DNA of 64,000 nucleotides from Chiloscyllium plagiosum (lineage: Eukaryota), in assembly GCF_004010195.1 (NCBI RefSeq), contig NC_057718.1:47367535-47431534 (forward strand), given 5' to 3'. The notes below the pieces were generated by a model, which saw nothing but the letters and a program-made list of their open reading frames with translations, had not been told where the DNA came from and searched no databases. Below, one piece after another: positions 61,939 through 64,000 of this stretch. Positions within the stretch are counted from its first letter, which is position 1, and each line of letters opens with the position of its first letter. The translations under genes and the position numbers were made by a program.

Positions 61939-64000
61939 TTATTCCACATAGACAGCAATTAAAGAATGTGTCTCACCACCACTCTTTTGAGCACAGTTAG
62001 GGATGAGCAACAAATACTAGTCTATACCAGTGATGAAGGAACGAATAAAAAATAACTTGAAATTTGCAATATATGTTCACAGGTGAAGCACAAAAGCAAT
62101 TTGTGTCTCCAGATGTCTGCCTCAGCATGACTTAGCACCTGGGAAAGAAAAAGGAAATAAAACATATTACTAGGCGATTCTTTAGGAAGAAGTGGTTGAG
62201 TGTGACAAAAGACAAGTGCTCTATTCATTCCTTTCCAAGAAAGCTTTCTCAATAAAATTAAAGCAGCAAAATGACTTTTTACTATCCAGCTGAATTTTTG
62301 ATATGGACAAGTTAGCCTGAAATGTTGTTTTTAAAAAACACAGGTACTCAATGAAGCACTGTGCAGGAAAGCAGACAAGGCAGCTTTTTGGTCTTAAACA
62401 AAATATGTTTGCTTTCACTTTGGCTGTGTATTAAATCAGCATCTAGTAAGTCAGTCTTTATCTGAAAGCACTGAAATATTTGACCATTAGATGTAAATCA
62501 ATGGAACACTCTCTCATTTTATTCCACTTTTAATCCAAAGACTGCTTTTAAACAAAAGGTAAAAAGAATTAGTTGGTCAATGATTTATAAAACGAACGTT
62601 CACCTTGAATATGCTGATTGTGGGTTGAGAGTTAAATGCTTGTCTGTTTATAAATGTCTGGAATATGGTATAGAATGATTCCCAGTAGATACAATGATAC
62701 ATACTTGTTAATAATGACATTTTTAGAAGTTCATTCTTGGTATGAGTCTTGCGAGCAAGGTCACCATTCATTGTGCACCTCTATCTTTAGCAGGTAGTGA
62801 TGGGCTGTCTTTGTGAATTGCTGAGTTTTCATATAAATGAAGATGTTGCTAGTCCATTTTTAGAGGGCAATTAAAATTTAAAATAAAAAAAATAAGTGTG
62901 TGTGTGTCTGGGATTAGAGGCAAATATATGCAAAATTAAGTGAGGACTCCTTCCCTAACATAATCCAGTTAGATTTTTACTACAAGCCAGTTATCTGTTT
63001 TCCAATTTTAAAACATTGAATTACAATTCTAAATTGCTGTAGTGAGATTTCCTAAGATGTTAGACCAAGCCTGTCATACACAAATTAAGTTTACAAATAA
63101 AAATTAACAACAGTTTGTGTATTCTATAGTGATTCATTGAGTAAAATGTTTTGATGTATTACTGTGACGTAATTGCATTTTATTAATAAGTGCACTTGCT
63201 TTGTATTTTCATTTCACCAGTTTCACTGGTTCTCCTAATGATATCTCAATGTTAATTAATAGCTGTGATTGCTCTGTCGACCATCACTACCAACAAAAAC
63301 AAGGATGGCAGGTGCAAATCATGCACCACCTGATTTGGAAATAGATGATAATGTTTTCATGGCCATTTGCTGAAGACCCTAGAACTGCCACCAAATGAAA
63401 GCATCATGCCCATGTGAATTTCAGCTGTGCTGTCCTAGCTGTCCAACTCTCTTGAACAAATTTTTTAAAAGCCCTGATGTGCTGAAGTTCAATTATTAGT
63501 CAGAAGAAAATCTATGGAGATGAAAACTGCCCTTTTTTTATTGCAGAGTTTGCTTTCACCAAAGCATTTCAAGACAGCAAATCTTGTTTAGTTTGGTTCA
63601 GTAATTCGTTTAAATAGTTTATGGTTACATTGGGAGTGATTTCTTATAATTTACAAAAAGCTGCTTGTTTATCTGTAATGAATTTATGTCGCATTAGTTG
63701 AAAGATGTATACTTTATGAAGTTTCAAGGGCAAAATGTGTTTTGTTTAGTTTATGATATGAAATTAGCCTTGTTTTGTCCATGTACATAACATATTAATG
63801 CATATATGAATTTAACATTATCAATCTGAATGTTAAGATTTTTTTTTAAAAATCCAATTGAAGATGTATGAAAAGTAATCAATCCATTATAGAATTTCAT
63901 TATTATTTCTAAGTCTTTTCTGTACTTTTTCTGCTTGGCAAATATTTCTACATCCAACCTCCTATTGTAAAAGATTTATTAATGTTCCAGTTTATAAAAT

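Overview
Repeat-dense vertebrate DNA, almost certainly from a shark. HE1 V-SINEs, HER1/CR1 LINEs and Deu-domain SINEs point to an elasmobranch; a carpet or bamboo shark is my inference. I found no intact protein-coding exon: the recognisable long ORFs are decayed CR1, Penelope-like (PLE) or Gypsy fragments, and the rest look like noise. The main host feature is a CpG-rich minus-strand promoter with a non-coding first exon (~18.14-18.41 kb). Its motif order (MEF2, CRE, GGGACTGG, FOX, TATA, TGATGCAAC) matches what I recall of the mammalian ATF3 promoter; the paralog JDP2 is not excluded, and the coding exons would lie left of the window. A second CpG-rich region ~34 kb upstream carries a dense C/EBP-ATF, AP-1 and CRE cluster. 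The most striking mobile system is a set of hammerhead-ribozyme-bearing PLE terminal repeats from at least four families. These include ~125-bp stand-alone units with 11-16 bp target-site duplications (TSDs) and fold-back palindromes. Also present: a MULE/foldback-like MITE, a templated insertion inside a SINE, a deeply nested Gypsy>PLE>CR1>PLE stack and two assembly gaps. Family assignments come from motif recognition only (no database search), and boundaries of old repeats are approximate.
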